This document shows positions 29,356-43,916 of a stretch of DNA of 64,000 bases, piece after piece (the first letter of the stretch is position 1; the number at the start of each line of letters is the position of its first letter). This DNA is from Pseudomonadota bacterium (GTDB taxonomy: Bacteria > Myxococcota > JACRCW01 > JAFGSX01). The stretch is from NCBI GenBank assembly GCA_043821645.1, contig JBDRCO010000087.1, positions 224,001 through 288,000 on the forward strand, in the 5' to 3' direction. The notes below the pieces were generated by a model. That model saw nothing but the letters and a program-made list of their open reading frames with translations, was not told the DNA's origin and did no database searches. A program made the position numbers and the translations under genes.

Positions 29356-31085
29356 CAGTCCTCCCACACCAGCCTGGCGACTTGCAACGCCGAGGTCGAC
29401 ATCGTGTTGCTGCTGCGCGTCAGGACCCTGGACCAGGCCATGTGCAGCAGACCATCGTCACTCACCACGGCGTCGGGCCAGTGCCCGTTGTCGTCGGGAC
29501 CGTCGGCGTTGCCCACGATCTGCGGGACGTGGTCGTGAACGCGCGCGTGGCGCAACTTCTTGCGCGCTGTCTGGGTGAAGAACACGTGGGGCACATCTAG
29601 GGCGTCGACCACGATGGTGCAGGCCGCGCCTGGCTCGTAGTAGCTGTCCCAGTCCGAGTCCGCTGCGACCTCGGCGCCGTGGAAGCCGTCGGCGGCCAGC
29701 CACAGGTACAGGAGCCTGTAGTCTGACGAGCCCGTCTTCATCTGCGTGCAGAAGTGCAGTGCCCCGTGGCTGTCAAAGGCCAGGTCCACAGGGCGATCGG
29801 CATTGCAGTAGCTGTTGGGGAGCCCCAGCCTCTGGCAGCCGGCGTTGGTGACCGGTGCCATGCTGACGCTGACCAGGCCGAGGTCGGGCAGGACCAGCCC
29901 CAGGAAGGGTCTGTCGCTGTTGACGAAGGTGGCGTAGGTGTCGCCGGTGGCTGCCTCGGCAAACAGTGCTGGCCAGCGCGCATTTTGGACGAAGCTCGGG
30001 AGGAGATCGAAGGAGGCACCCGGGATGGCGTCGGGCGCTGCCGGCCTGCGCATGCCCACGACCAGCCCGTCGCTAGCATCGCGGACCAGCACGGTCTGGT
30101 TCCCGTCCTGCGCGATCACCAGGCCCGCACGATCGGACTCGTTCTGGCCGCTGCCGACGATGTCGCTGGCCTGGTAACTGAACCCGTCGTAGTAGGCGAG
30201 CCGGATCTTGTCGTTGGCGTCCTTGCGGTAGGAGAACCAGGGTCGCCCGCCTGGGGCGAAGGCCAGCGCGGGGTCGGCTCCCACCTCGTCGACCGAGTCC
30301 ACCGTGGCCGGGCCCTGCCACTGGTTCCCGTCGTACTCGAAGTAGCCGAGCTTGCGCGAGGCCGCGGTCGGGCTATAGCCGTAGTAGGCGACAGCGGGGC
30401 GAACACCGTCGACCAGGGCCAGCGAGGGCATGCGCACCTGCTCCAGGTCGCTGGTCAGCTCCGTGACGTCGAGGTGGGCACAGCGCCCGCTGAAGCAGAA
30501 GCTGGTGGTGGTCGCTGTACAGGTGTTGTCCGCCAGACAGGGCCCCGCATCCACGCCCGCGTCGAGGCTTGCGTCACTGCCTGCGTCGACCACAGCGCTG
30601 TCCTCGGCCGGGGCGTCCTCCGCCGCCGAGTCAGGGAACCACAGATCGGCGGTCCCGGCGTCCACGGCGCCAGCGTCCGATTCCACGTCGGGAGAGGCAA
30701 GATCCGTGGCCGCTGTGTCCGGGGTGGCGGCCTCGCTCGCACCCGCATCGGAAAGGCTGTGGTCGACGGTGCGCAGGTCCGGGATCGCCAGGTCGGACGC
30801 TGCGGCATCCTGCCCCGCGTCGACCGCTGCGTCTGTCGCGCTGGCGTCCAGTCCGGCGTCGGCGCCCCCGTCCTGGTCCACATCACCCACCGCGGCGTCC
30901 TGCAGCCCCGCATCCGGGATGCGCAGATCGCGAGGGTCCCGGCACACCCCGGCCACGCACACAAAGCCGTCGCCGGCGCAGTCGTCGTCGACCGTGCAGG
31001 TGAAGCGGTCGCCGTCTATCCCTCCCACGAAGGGATAGCAGGCCGCACCTATCGCAGCGAAGAGGGCCAGCCATCGCACTCGCAT
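29355..31085 (-). CDS. Cys-rich lipoprotein with DAG-rich linker and beta-propeller-like C-terminus
   Basis: Lipobox GAAC; CTVDDDC..C..GVC; repeated PSLAL/PALAF/VDLAFD blades. Confidence 0.8.
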   Translation of the reverse strand: MRVRWLALFAAIGAACYPFVGGIDGDRFTCTVDDDCAGDGFVCVAGVCRDPRDLRIPDAGLQDAAVGDVDQDGGADAGLDASATDAAVDAGQDAAASDLAIPDLRTVDHSLSDAGASEAATPDTAATDLASPDVESDAGAVDAGTADLWFPDSAAEDAPAEDSAVVDAGSDASLDAGVDAGPCLADNTCTATTTSFCFSGRCAHLDVTELTSDLEQVRMPSLALVDGVRPAVAYYGYSPTAASRKLGYFEYDGNQWQGPATVDSVDEVGADPALAFAPGGRPWFSYRKDANDKIRLAYYDGFSYQASDIVGSGQNESDRAGLVIAQDGNQTVLVRDASDGLVVGMRRPAAPDAIPGASFDLLPSFVQNARWPALFAEAATGDTYATFVNSDRPFLGLVLPDLGLVSVSMAPVTNAGCQRLGLPNSYCNADRPVDLAFDSHGALHFCTQMKTGSSDYRLLYLWLAADGFHGAEVAADSDWDSYYEPGAACTIVVDALDVPHVFFTQTARKKLRHARVHDHVPQIVGNADGPDDNGHWPDAVVSDDGLLHMAWSRVLTRSSNTMSTSALQVARLVWED

Positions 31086-31171
31086 GGGCCGAGCCTAGCA
31101 CAGCACCAAGGGGGGGGCCCAGACTTGCCAGGGGCCGCGGCCGGGCGCTACATAGCGGCCGCGAGGGAGCC

Positions 31172-34051
<2,880 letters not shown>

Positions 34052-34143
34052 GCATCGCCGGCCCGGGGCCGCCAGGGTCGGACCCTGCTGCCCAGTGGGT
34101 CGAGGCTGTGCTAAGCGAGGGCTGCTGAGCCACGGAGGACCGC

Positions 34144-34482
34144 ATGACGGACTGCCTGTTTTGCAAGATCATCGAAGGCGCCATCCCCTCGAACAAGGTA
34201 TTCGAGGACGACACGAGCTATGCCTTCGAGGACCTCCACCCCGGAGCGCCGACCCACGTGCTGGTGGTGCCCAAGAAGCACATCGCCCGCGTCGCGGACA
34301 TGGCCGCGGACGACGAGGCACGCATCGGCCACCTGTTCAGCGTCGCGAACCAGGTGGCGGCTGCACGTGGGCTTGAGCACTACCGGCTGGTCATCAACAA
34401 CGGGGAAGGCGTGGGCCAGAGCGTGTTCCACGTCCACCTGCACGTGCTTGGCGGCCGTACCATGCAGTGGCCGCCAGGGTAG
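34144..34482 (+). CDS. hinT: Histidine triad nucleotide-binding protein
   Basis: DCLFCKI; GQSVFHVHLHVL HIT motif. Confidence 0.93.
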   Translation: MTDCLFCKIIEGAIPSNKVFEDDTSYAFEDLHPGAPTHVLVVPKKHIARVADMAADDEARIGHLFSVANQVAAARGLEHYRLVINNGEGVGQSVFHVHLHVLGGRTMQWPPG

Positions 34483-34651
34483 TCGTTTTCACTACCCAAG
34501 GCCGGCGGTCTTCCCTAGGATTGCCGGCCACGTCACTTTCTGGAGGCTCGCCAGCAATCGCTGCTCAGGTGCAGCCAAGGGGCGTTCTGGCGAGATTCAA
34601 GGTCGATGGCGGAGGGGCGCCCCAAGCCCCCTCCGACAAAGGGAGGACACG

Positions 34652-35371
34652 ATGCGCTTGATCCTGCAGATGAGTCTGGCTGCGTCGCTGCTGTTGTCGT
34701 CGCTGGCCCTGGCCGTGAGCAAGCCTCAGGTCGAGGTGGCGCCGGTGGTGGGTGCTCAGTTCTTCCGCGGCATCAACGGCCCGGGCCTCGGCCAGGACCA
34801 GGCGCTGCAGAATGGCATCATCCTCGGCGCTCGGGGCGGCGCCCTGTTCGCGGACCGTCTGCGGCTGGACATTGGCCTCGAGTTCACGCCCACCATGGAG
34901 GTGGGGCTCGACCGCCTGAACTACGTTGTGCAACCTCACGTCGACGGCAGCATCGATCTGGCCACCGGCTGGATCCGGCCCTATGTCGGCGTGAGTGCGG
35001 GTGTCATCGGTTTCATCGACAACGAGTGGGTGGGTGGTTCCCTGACCTCGCTGTTTGGCGAGGAGAACAAGGGACGCAACCCCGACGTCGAGTTCACCGG
35101 CGCGCTGCTGCTGGGCAGCCGCTTCTATCTTGGCGAGATGGTCGACATGCTGCAGGGCACCGTGCTGCGCCTCGACCTGCGGGACGTCCTGTATGCCCCC
35201 CGCAACGGCGCCGTGAATTACATGATGGAGTCGCCGGGCGCGCTCATCGCATTCCACAATCCCCAGGTCACCGTGTCCTTCGCCTGGACCTTCGACGCCT
35301 CCGGGGAGTCGACCGCCGATGGCGCCTACGAGTTCGAGGGGGCCGGCATGATCGAGAAGCCCAGCATGTGA
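34652..35371 (+). CDS. Outer-membrane beta-barrel protein (OmpA-like barrel)
   Basis: GGAGG RBS; signal peptide; IRPYVGVSAG and LRLDLRD strands. Confidence 0.75.
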   Translation: MRLILQMSLAASLLLSSLALAVSKPQVEVAPVVGAQFFRGINGPGLGQDQALQNGIILGARGGALFADRLRLDIGLEFTPTMEVGLDRLNYVVQPHVDGSIDLATGWIRPYVGVSAGVIGFIDNEWVGGSLTSLFGEENKGRNPDVEFTGALLLGSRFYLGEMVDMLQGTVLRLDLRDVLYAPRNGAVNYMMESPGALIAFHNPQVTVSFAWTFDASGESTADGAYEFEGAGMIEKPSM

Positions 35372-35540
35372 TCTGGCTCGGGATGCTCGTGTTCGCGGCC
35401 TCGGCAGCTCGCCTCCAGACCTCCCCCCTCCTATAAAAAATTCTGATAGCTCGCCCGCAAGGTCGTGCTTGCCCATGATGATGCACCGTGTTATCCCGGC
35501 GCCAGCCTCGGAGGTGGAGCCTCGGCAAGCAGGAGCGGGT

Positions 35541-35768
35541 GTGCTCGACGACGAGGGCCGGCGCATGATGAAGGACGCCGGTCGGCTCGGTGCGGTCGGT
35601 TTCGAGATCGTCATCTGTCTGCTGCTGGGCTACTTCGGTGGGCACTGGCTTGATGGCAAGCTGGGGAGCGATCCCTACCTGGCCATGTTCGGGTTGCTGG
35701 TCGGTCTGGCCGCGGCGGGCAAGGTGATCCACCGCATCATCAAGCAGACCGACCTGGACAAGTTATGA
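35541..35768 (+). CDS. AtpZ/AtpI family protein
   Basis: GYFGGHWLDGKLGSDP motif; first gene of the F0 operon; GTG after AGGAG. Confidence 0.85.
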   Translation: MLDDEGRRMMKDAGRLGAVGFEIVICLLLGYFGGHWLDGKLGSDPYLAMFGLLVGLAAAGKVIHRIIKQTDLDKL

Positions 35769-36259
35769 CACCGGATCCAGGGAACACCGCGCCCGGACCG
35801 GCGATTCAGGAGCCCATGAGCGACGTCACGACCCAGACCCAGCGCGACGCCGTGTTCGACGGTGCGCGGCGCGATCTCCTGGTGGCTTCGGCCATCGCGG
35901 CCACCCTCATGATCGGCACCGCGCTGTTCGCGTCGCAGGACCTGCTGTGGGGTGTGGCCCTGGGCGCCTTGCTGGCCATCGCCAACCTGTCGGCACTGGC
36001 GCGCCTGACCGCGGAGATGCTCACCGCCGAGAGCGGTGGTGGCTGGTCCGCGCTCAAGGCGGCGTTCAAGGTGCTGGCGCTGATGTTCGTGGTGGTGGCC
36101 GTGTTGTGGACCCGCCCCCAGCACGCTCTTGGTCTGTGCCTCGGCCTGGCCCTGCCTGCGCTCGCCGGCATCGTGGTGGTGCTGCGGGGCCGGGAACGCC
36201 GCCTGCGTATCGTGGACAGGCTCAGACGCGGAATCCATCGTCGGGGAACAGGAGACTAA
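35765..36259 (+). CDS. atpI: ATP synthase protein I
   Basis: Four TM helices; between atpZ-like gene and atpB. Confidence 0.7.
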   Translation: MTPDPGNTAPGPAIQEPMSDVTTQTQRDAVFDGARRDLLVASAIAATLMIGTALFASQDLLWGVALGALLAIANLSALARLTAEMLTAESGGGWSALKAAFKVLALMFVVVAVLWTRPQHALGLCLGLALPALAGIVVVLRGRERRLRIVDRLRRGIHRRGTGD

Positions 36260-36263
36260 GACC

Positions 36264-37064
36264 ATGCCTCACGGTGTCACCTGGTTTCACTTCCTGCCTG
36301 GCTTCAACCAGCTGCGCGACTATTTCCACCACACCTGGGAGCAGAGCGCCCTGGTGGGGTCCAAGGATTTCCTGATCCAGCACGTGCTGGGCGCCATCCT
36401 GGTGCTCATCGTGTTGATGATCCTGTCGCTCATGGCACGCAGCCGGCTCAAGGACCTCGAGAAGAACATCGTCCCCGACGGCAAGTTCGGCGTGTTCTCG
36501 TTCTTCGAGATGGTGATCGAGACCGTCTACAACATGATGAAGGACGTCATTGGCCCCGACGCCAAGCGCTACTTCCCGCTCATCGGGACCCTCGCGCTGT
36601 ACATCTTTTTCTGCAACGCGCTGGGTCTGGTGCCGGGTTTCGACCCGCCGACCAACAATGTCAGCACCAACGCCGCCTGCGCCCTGACCGTGTTCCTGTA
36701 CTACAACTACCACGGCCTGCGCGTGAATGGCCTGGGCCACATCGCCCACATGGCCAACCCGGTCGGCACCTGGTGGGGCTGGTTCCTGGCACCCATCATG
36801 TTCCCCATCGAGCTCATCGGCCACCTGGCGCGGCCCATGTCCTTGACCCTGCGTCTCATGGGCAACATGACCGGCGACCACGCGGTGGTGCTGGGCTTCG
36901 CCGCCCTGGTGCCCTTCCTGGTTCCCATCCCCTTCCAGATCCTGGGCCTGCTGGTCTGTGTGATCCAGGCCATGGTGTTCTGTCTGCTGACCATGGTGTA
37001 CATCGGCCTCGCGGTCGAGGAGCAGCACCACGGTGGCGAAGAGGAGCACGCGCACGCCCACTGA
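36264..37064 (+). CDS. atpB: F0F1 ATP synthase subunit a
   Basis: ARPMSLTLRLMGNM; IQAMVFCLLTMVYI. Confidence 0.97.
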   Translation: MPHGVTWFHFLPGFNQLRDYFHHTWEQSALVGSKDFLIQHVLGAILVLIVLMILSLMARSRLKDLEKNIVPDGKFGVFSFFEMVIETVYNMMKDVIGPDAKRYFPLIGTLALYIFFCNALGLVPGFDPPTNNVSTNAACALTVFLYYNYHGLRVNGLGHIAHMANPVGTWWGWFLAPIMFPIELIGHLARPMSLTLRLMGNMTGDHAVVLGFAALVPFLVPIPFQILGLLVCVIQAMVFCLLTMVYIGLAVEEQHHGGEEEHAHAH

Positions 37065-37202
37065 GCGCGGCGCCGTGACGACGAGGTTCGAATTAACCTG
37101 CAAGGGGTCGTGCCCAGCGGGACGGTGACAGGTAGAGACGGGAGAGGCATCCAAGCACGACACTGCGCAGCTTGACGCGCCCATGGGCGCCTGGAGAGAG
37201 CG

Positions 37203-37514
37203 ATGCTGAAGAAGACACTGGTGGTGGTGGCGAGCATGATGGTGGCGGCGTTGGCCATGGCCGAGGGCGGCGCTGGTGGCAGCGAGAACAACGCGTGGTA
37301 CGCCATGGCGGCGGCCTTCGCGATCGCCCTGCCTGCTTTTGGTGGAGCCTTCGGTCAGGGCCGTGCGGCTGCGGCCGCCCTCGAGGGCATCGCCCGCAAC
37401 CCGGGCGCCGCGGGCAAGCTGTTCGTCCCGATGATCCTGGGCCTCGCCCTCATCGAGTCCCTGGTGATCTACGGCCTGGTGATCGCCTTCGTGATCTCGG
37501 GCAAGATCGCGTAA
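37203..37514 (+). CDS. atpE: F0F1 ATP synthase subunit c
   Basis: GQG..ARNP loop; LIESLVIY with the essential Glu. Confidence 0.97.
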   Translation: MLKKTLVVVASMMVAALAMAEGGAGGSENNAWYAMAAAFAIALPAFGGAFGQGRAAAAALEGIARNPGAAGKLFVPMILGLALIESLVIYGLVIAFVISGKIA

Positions 37515-37537
37515 CGATCGATTCTTTTCTGATGACG

Positions 37538-37570
37538 AAGAAGCCCCGGCATGTCCGGGGCTTTTTTTTT
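37538..37570 (+). terminator. Intrinsic terminator after atpE (probably bidirectional)
   Basis: AAGCCCCGG-CATGT-CCGGGGCTT followed by a T-run. Confidence 0.9.
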
Positions 37571-37581
37571 ATGGGGGGACG

Positions 37582-38622
37582 TCAGTCCTCGGTCTCGTCG
37601 CGACTCTCGTGATAGCGGAAGGTGCTCTCGATGTAGCGTGTGCTGATCTTGCCGCGGCCGGACAGGTCCTTGATCTGATCCAGGATGCGGTCCTGCAAGC
37701 GGAGCACGCGCGCGGGCTCCCAGGCTCCGAACTCCTTGGCCTTGGCCAGGTACTCCTCGAGCAGGCGGCCGTGGGCGCGCGGGAAGCGCTGTGACAGCTG
37801 GCGTACGATGTCGCGGTCCTCGAGCATCATGGCGTTGCTCAGCTGGTAGAGCCCCGCCTTCTGGAACAGCTCGTCGGTGTTCTGGAAGTTGACCAGGACG
37901 CGCGCCAGGAACTTCTGTGCCGCTTTGAGTTCCATGGCATCGCGCCTGGTGACCTTCTTGACCGCGACGATGAGTTCCTCGGCGTTCTCGCGCGGCAGAC
38001 GTCTGAGCAGCTCGGCCAGGGCGCGCTTGCCCACGGAGACGAAGGCGCAGGCCAGCTCCTCGACCCCCAGGGCGCGGGTGAGCTGGATCAGCTCGCGCGC
38101 CTCCAGCGCCACGATCTCCTTGAAACCGAAGCTCTTGAGATCGCGCGGCACCTCCATGAGGGCGAACTTGGCGTCGAAGTGCTCGCGCACCAGGCGCACG
38201 ATCTCCATGGGCACGTCTCGCAGCTCGTTGCGCGGTGGCAGCGCCTGGCGCACGCCCGGGGGCAGCCGGCTCACGATCTGGCGCGTGATCGACGACGGCA
38301 TGTGCATGAGAACCATGGCGATGACGCGTGGTTTCTCACCGCGAAAACCCGCCAGCAACCACGACGGATCCACACCTTCGAGCCGGTGCTGCGAGCGCAC
38401 CGACATCATGCGCCGGATCTCTCGCACCAGCAGCGACAGCCGCTGCTTCTTGGGGATCTCGAGCAGCCTGTCCACGAAGCTGTTCAGGTTCTCGGCGACC
38501 GTGTCAGGCAGGTACTCGAACAGCTCCCTGGCCTCGTGGCCCGAGAAGAACATCGACGACATCAGGAGCATGGCGTCGCGCCGCCCGAGGGTGCCGTAGA
38601 TCTCTTGAAACAGGGAACTCAC
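37582..38622 (-). CDS. FliG-like (SctK-position) C-ring adaptor
   Basis: VDPSWL..F.GEKPRVIAMVLMHMP resembles the FliG EHPQxxAxxL motif; all-helical; directly after sctJ. Confidence 0.7.
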   Translation of the reverse strand: MSSLFQEIYGTLGRRDAMLLMSSMFFSGHEARELFEYLPDTVAENLNSFVDRLLEIPKKQRLSLLVREIRRMMSVRSQHRLEGVDPSWLLAGFRGEKPRVIAMVLMHMPSSITRQIVSRLPPGVRQALPPRNELRDVPMEIVRLVREHFDAKFALMEVPRDLKSFGFKEIVALEARELIQLTRALGVEELACAFVSVGKRALAELLRRLPRENAEELIVAVKKVTRRDAMELKAAQKFLARVLVNFQNTDELFQKAGLYQLSNAMMLEDRDIVRQLSQRFPRAHGRLLEEYLAKAKEFGAWEPARVLRLQDRILDQIKDLSGRGKISTRYIESTFRYHESRDETED

Positions 38623-38636
38623 GGTGTTTCGGAGAC

Positions 38637-39566
38637 TCAGCCGCCGTTGGGCGTGGGCAGCTCACCACCGCCGCGGGCCTTCTTGTACGACAGGTTCTCG
38701 GCCAGGGCCTTGCGCAGCTGCCGCTTGAGGCCGATGCGCCCGAGCAGGAACACCATGGTCAGGATGAGCAGCACCACTACCAGGCCGCCCAGCACTGCGA
38801 GCAGCGAGAAGAACTTGGTCATGTTGGTCTTGGTCGACACCAGCTCGACGCCGATGATCTTCTTGGTGGGAGGGCAGGCCACTGCCCCGGCGGTGCCGCC
38901 GCCCGAGGCCGGCTGCGGACAGTCCGCGGCCCCCCCTGCGCGCAGCAGGGTGGACCACGGTCGCTGCTTGTAGCTGAGCACCGTGACCCGGTCCGGGGTC
39001 ATGTCCTCGACGCTGGCCGCCACGGCCTTCTGGATGTCCTCGACGTTGTAGGGCAGCTTGCCGTCAAAGGGCGCGTACACGATGATCACGCTGGCCATGG
39101 GCTGAGGCCGGGCGGCGTTGACGTCGCGCACTGCCTCCTTGTCCGGGATCACGATCTGCGCGTGGACGTCGAGCACCCCAGGGATGAGCTTGATCTTCTT
39201 CTCGATCTCGCCCTGGATGCCGACCAGCATCTTGGCTTTTTCCTCACTCTGGGTCGGGATCATGCCGCCCTCGGCAAAGACCTCGGACAAACGCAGGGAG
39301 CGCGGCTGCGGCAGCTCGTAGTCAACCAGGGTGCGACGCGCGTCGGCGGCGTACTTGGACGGAACGGTCACCTTCCAGGTCACCACGCGGCCTTCCTCGG
39401 CATCCTTGCGGGCCGGGATGTCCTTGGTCTCCAGCACCACCAGGATGGCGTTGGCCTCGCGCTCGTCGAGACCGTGCACGATCTCGTTCTCGCCGCAGGC
39501 ACTGGCGAGCATCGCCAACCCCAGCGTGGCGACGAGAACCGGTCCAGTTGGCAGTGCGCGCTTCAT
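38637..39566 (-). CDS. sctJ: T3SS inner-membrane ring lipoprotein SctJ (YscJ/FliF family)
   Basis: Lipobox ASAC; HGLDEREANAIL; GGMIPTQSEEK; IPGVLDVHAQIVIP; ASV; C-terminal TM. Confidence 0.92.
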   Translation of the reverse strand: MKRALPTGPVLVATLGLAMLASACGENEIVHGLDEREANAILVVLETKDIPARKDAEEGRVVTWKVTVPSKYAADARRTLVDYELPQPRSLRLSEVFAEGGMIPTQSEEKAKMLVGIQGEIEKKIKLIPGVLDVHAQIVIPDKEAVRDVNAARPQPMASVIIVYAPFDGKLPYNVEDIQKAVAASVEDMTPDRVTVLSYKQRPWSTLLRAGGAADCPQPASGGGTAGAVACPPTKKIIGVELVSTKTNMTKFFSLLAVLGGLVVVLLILTMVFLLGRIGLKRQLRKALAENLSYKKARGGGELPTPNGG

Positions 39567-39573
39567 GGCGACC

Positions 39574-41769
<2,196 letters not shown>

Positions 41770-41861
41770 CGTCAACTCGATGTCATGGACTGGGCACGTC
41801 CCCGATCGCATCTGCCCTCGTCGCATGACCTCGTCACTCGACGGGCTATCGGGAAAGCCGC

Positions 41862-41890
41862 ACGTTAGAGAGGGGTGGCCCCCCTGTCAA
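41862..41890 (-). promoter_or_regulatory. sigma70-type promoter of the GT39-sctJ-fliG-like unit
   Basis: TTGACA-N17-TAACGT. Confidence 0.6.
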
Positions 41891-41912
41891 GGCCGCCAGG
41901 CACCGAACCTTG

Positions 41913-42341
41913 TCAGATCTCGGGCATGTCCAGCAGGTTGATGCCCGTCCCGGCATCCGCCCGGCGATCGACCCGGCCAGGCAAGGCGGTCAGGTGGACC
42001 TCGACGGTCACCGCCACCACGGCGGAAAAAAGGTGGCCCGAGAGGCAGCCAAGGTTCTCGTCGCCGAGCACCACGTGGGCATGCACGAAGGGCGCCCCGT
42101 CGAGCATCGAGATGTTCCCGGCCAGGTGGATCAGCTCGTAATCGCCGTCCAGACGGCGCCGGTCGTAGCGCTTCTCCGCCACGTGAAAATAACCGAGCTC
42201 GACCTCCCTGAGCGCTCCGATGGCGACCAGGGCCGCGCTCTCGATGTGGTGCCGGCGCGCGAAGTCGCTCAGGGCGTCGAGCAGGGACGCGTCCTTGTCG
42301 ACCCGAAGCAGGTAGCCCAGCTCGGTGCGCAGGCCTCTCAT
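41913..42341 (-). CDS. PPC/DUF296 domain protein
   Basis: AIGAL..V.LGYF; ELIHLAGNIS; PFVHAHVVLG..GHL; ATG after GGAGG. Confidence 0.9.
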   Translation of the reverse strand: MRGLRTELGYLLRVDKDASLLDALSDFARRHHIESAALVAIGALREVELGYFHVAEKRYDRRRLDGDYELIHLAGNISMLDGAPFVHAHVVLGDENLGCLSGHLFSAVVAVTVEVHLTALPGRVDRRADAGTGINLLDMPEI

Positions 42342-42441
42342 GATGTCCACCTCCTCGTCGTTTGCTCGCCCGGAGGCTGAGCACTACACTGTCCCGTATC
42401 CGCCGTCAGCTCTCGACGCTGCGGACGCTGGAGGTCGCGTG

Positions 42442-43740
42442 TTGCACCCTGATCCTTCATCCTCCACCCCGGTGCGCATCGTCCGCCGGGGTTCCGGGGT
42501 CCTCGCCGGTGCGCTGTTCGGCCTGGTGGTGGGCATCCTGCTCGGCGCGGCGGCCCCGGCCCTGTCCCGGGACCCGGATCGCTCGTACCGGAGCTTGCGC
42601 ATCTTCAGCCAGGTCTTCAACTACATCGAGAACAACTACGTCGACAGCATCGAGCAGAAGACGCTGGTCTACGGCGCCATCGTCGGCATGATGGGGACCC
42701 TGGACCCGTACACCGTCTTCCTGCCACCGGACCAGTACCAGAAGATCAAGGAGGACACGACGGGGGAGTTCGGCGGCCTGGGCATCGAGATCGGTCTCAA
42801 GGACGGATGGCTCACCATCATCGCGCCCATCGCGGATTCGCCGGCCGCCCGCGCCGGATTGAAGAGCGGCGATCGCATTATCGCCATCGAGGGCAAGACC
42901 GCCGAGGGGGTGTCGGTGGCCGACTCGGTGGCCCTGCTGCGAGGTCCGCCCAACACCCGCATCACGCTCACCGTGCAGCGCGATGGCTGGGACGCACCTC
43001 GGGACGTGGCCCTGGTACGGCAGAAGCTTCGCCTCAATCCTGTCGAGGACCGCATGCTGCAGGCCGGGCTTGGCTATGTCCGCATCAAGAGCTTTCAGGA
43101 ACGTACCGAGCACGAGCTCAAGAAGGCCCTGGACCGGCTGACGCGGCAGGCGCGCGAGGCGGGACGCGAGGGGCTCGAGGGCCTGGTGCTCGATCTCCGC
43201 GACAATCCAGGCGGACTGGTCGACGAGGCCGTGCGCGTCTCGGATCTGTTCTTGGACAGTGGCGACATCGTCACCACCGAGGGCCGCAATCGCCGCCACG
43301 TCGAACGTCAGGTCGCGCACCGTCGCGGCACCCAACCGCGCTATCCCGTGGCTGTGCTGGTCAACGAAGGTTCTGCCTCGGCGTCGGAGATCGTGGCCGG
43401 AGCGCTGCAAGATCACGCGCGCGCCGTGGTGGTAGGACAGCGCTCGTTTGGCAAGGGCTCGGTGCAGACCATCATCGAGCTCGATGACGGCAGCGGACTC
43501 AAGCTGACCGTGGCGCGCTACTTCACGCCCAGCGGCCGCTCGATCAACGAGCACGCCATCGACCCGGACCTCGTGGTCCCCCCCCTGGCGGGCGAGATCA
43601 CCCTTGACAGCGGTGGCGGCGCTGACCGGGGCGAGATCGAGGACGCCCAGCTGCTGGCGGCCATCGAGGCTCTGCGGGGAGGGGTGCCGGTGGGTCCGCC
43701 TGCCACCTCGCGAGACCCGTCCCGGCGAAACCCGGGCTGA
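42442..43740 (+). CDS. S41 family C-terminal processing protease (CtpA-like)
   Basis: PDZ (FGGLGIEI); DLRDNPGG; SASASE; FGKGSVQ; start uncertain. Confidence 0.95.
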   Translation: MHPDPSSSTPVRIVRRGSGVLAGALFGLVVGILLGAAAPALSRDPDRSYRSLRIFSQVFNYIENNYVDSIEQKTLVYGAIVGMMGTLDPYTVFLPPDQYQKIKEDTTGEFGGLGIEIGLKDGWLTIIAPIADSPAARAGLKSGDRIIAIEGKTAEGVSVADSVALLRGPPNTRITLTVQRDGWDAPRDVALVRQKLRLNPVEDRMLQAGLGYVRIKSFQERTEHELKKALDRLTRQAREAGREGLEGLVLDLRDNPGGLVDEAVRVSDLFLDSGDIVTTEGRNRRHVERQVAHRRGTQPRYPVAVLVNEGSASASEIVAGALQDHARAVVVGQRSFGKGSVQTIIELDDGSGLKLTVARYFTPSGRSINEHAIDPDLVVPPLAGEITLDSGGGADRGEIEDAQLLAAIEALRGGVPVGPPATSRDPSRRNPG

Positions 43741-43916
43741 GCGGCGGCCAGGAGGTCCCCGCAGGCCACTGGCGGCGATTGGTCTCTTTCTTGGCGTGTG
43801 GTACAAGATCATTGTAGAAGGGGCGGATGGGTCCAGCTCGAGATCGCTGGCTGCGATCTCGGCGGGTGTCGCGTGCTGCGGACTGTGAATGAGCGCGCAC
43901 GCCCCGGAGTACATGC

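Noticed and set aside
31086-31171. LexA/SOS box upstream of uvrA
   Set aside because: No convincing palindrome or known LexA motif recognised
37085-37093. GGTTCGAAT tRNA T-loop-like motif between atpB and atpE
   Set aside because: No cloverleaf, acceptor stem or D-arm could be built around it
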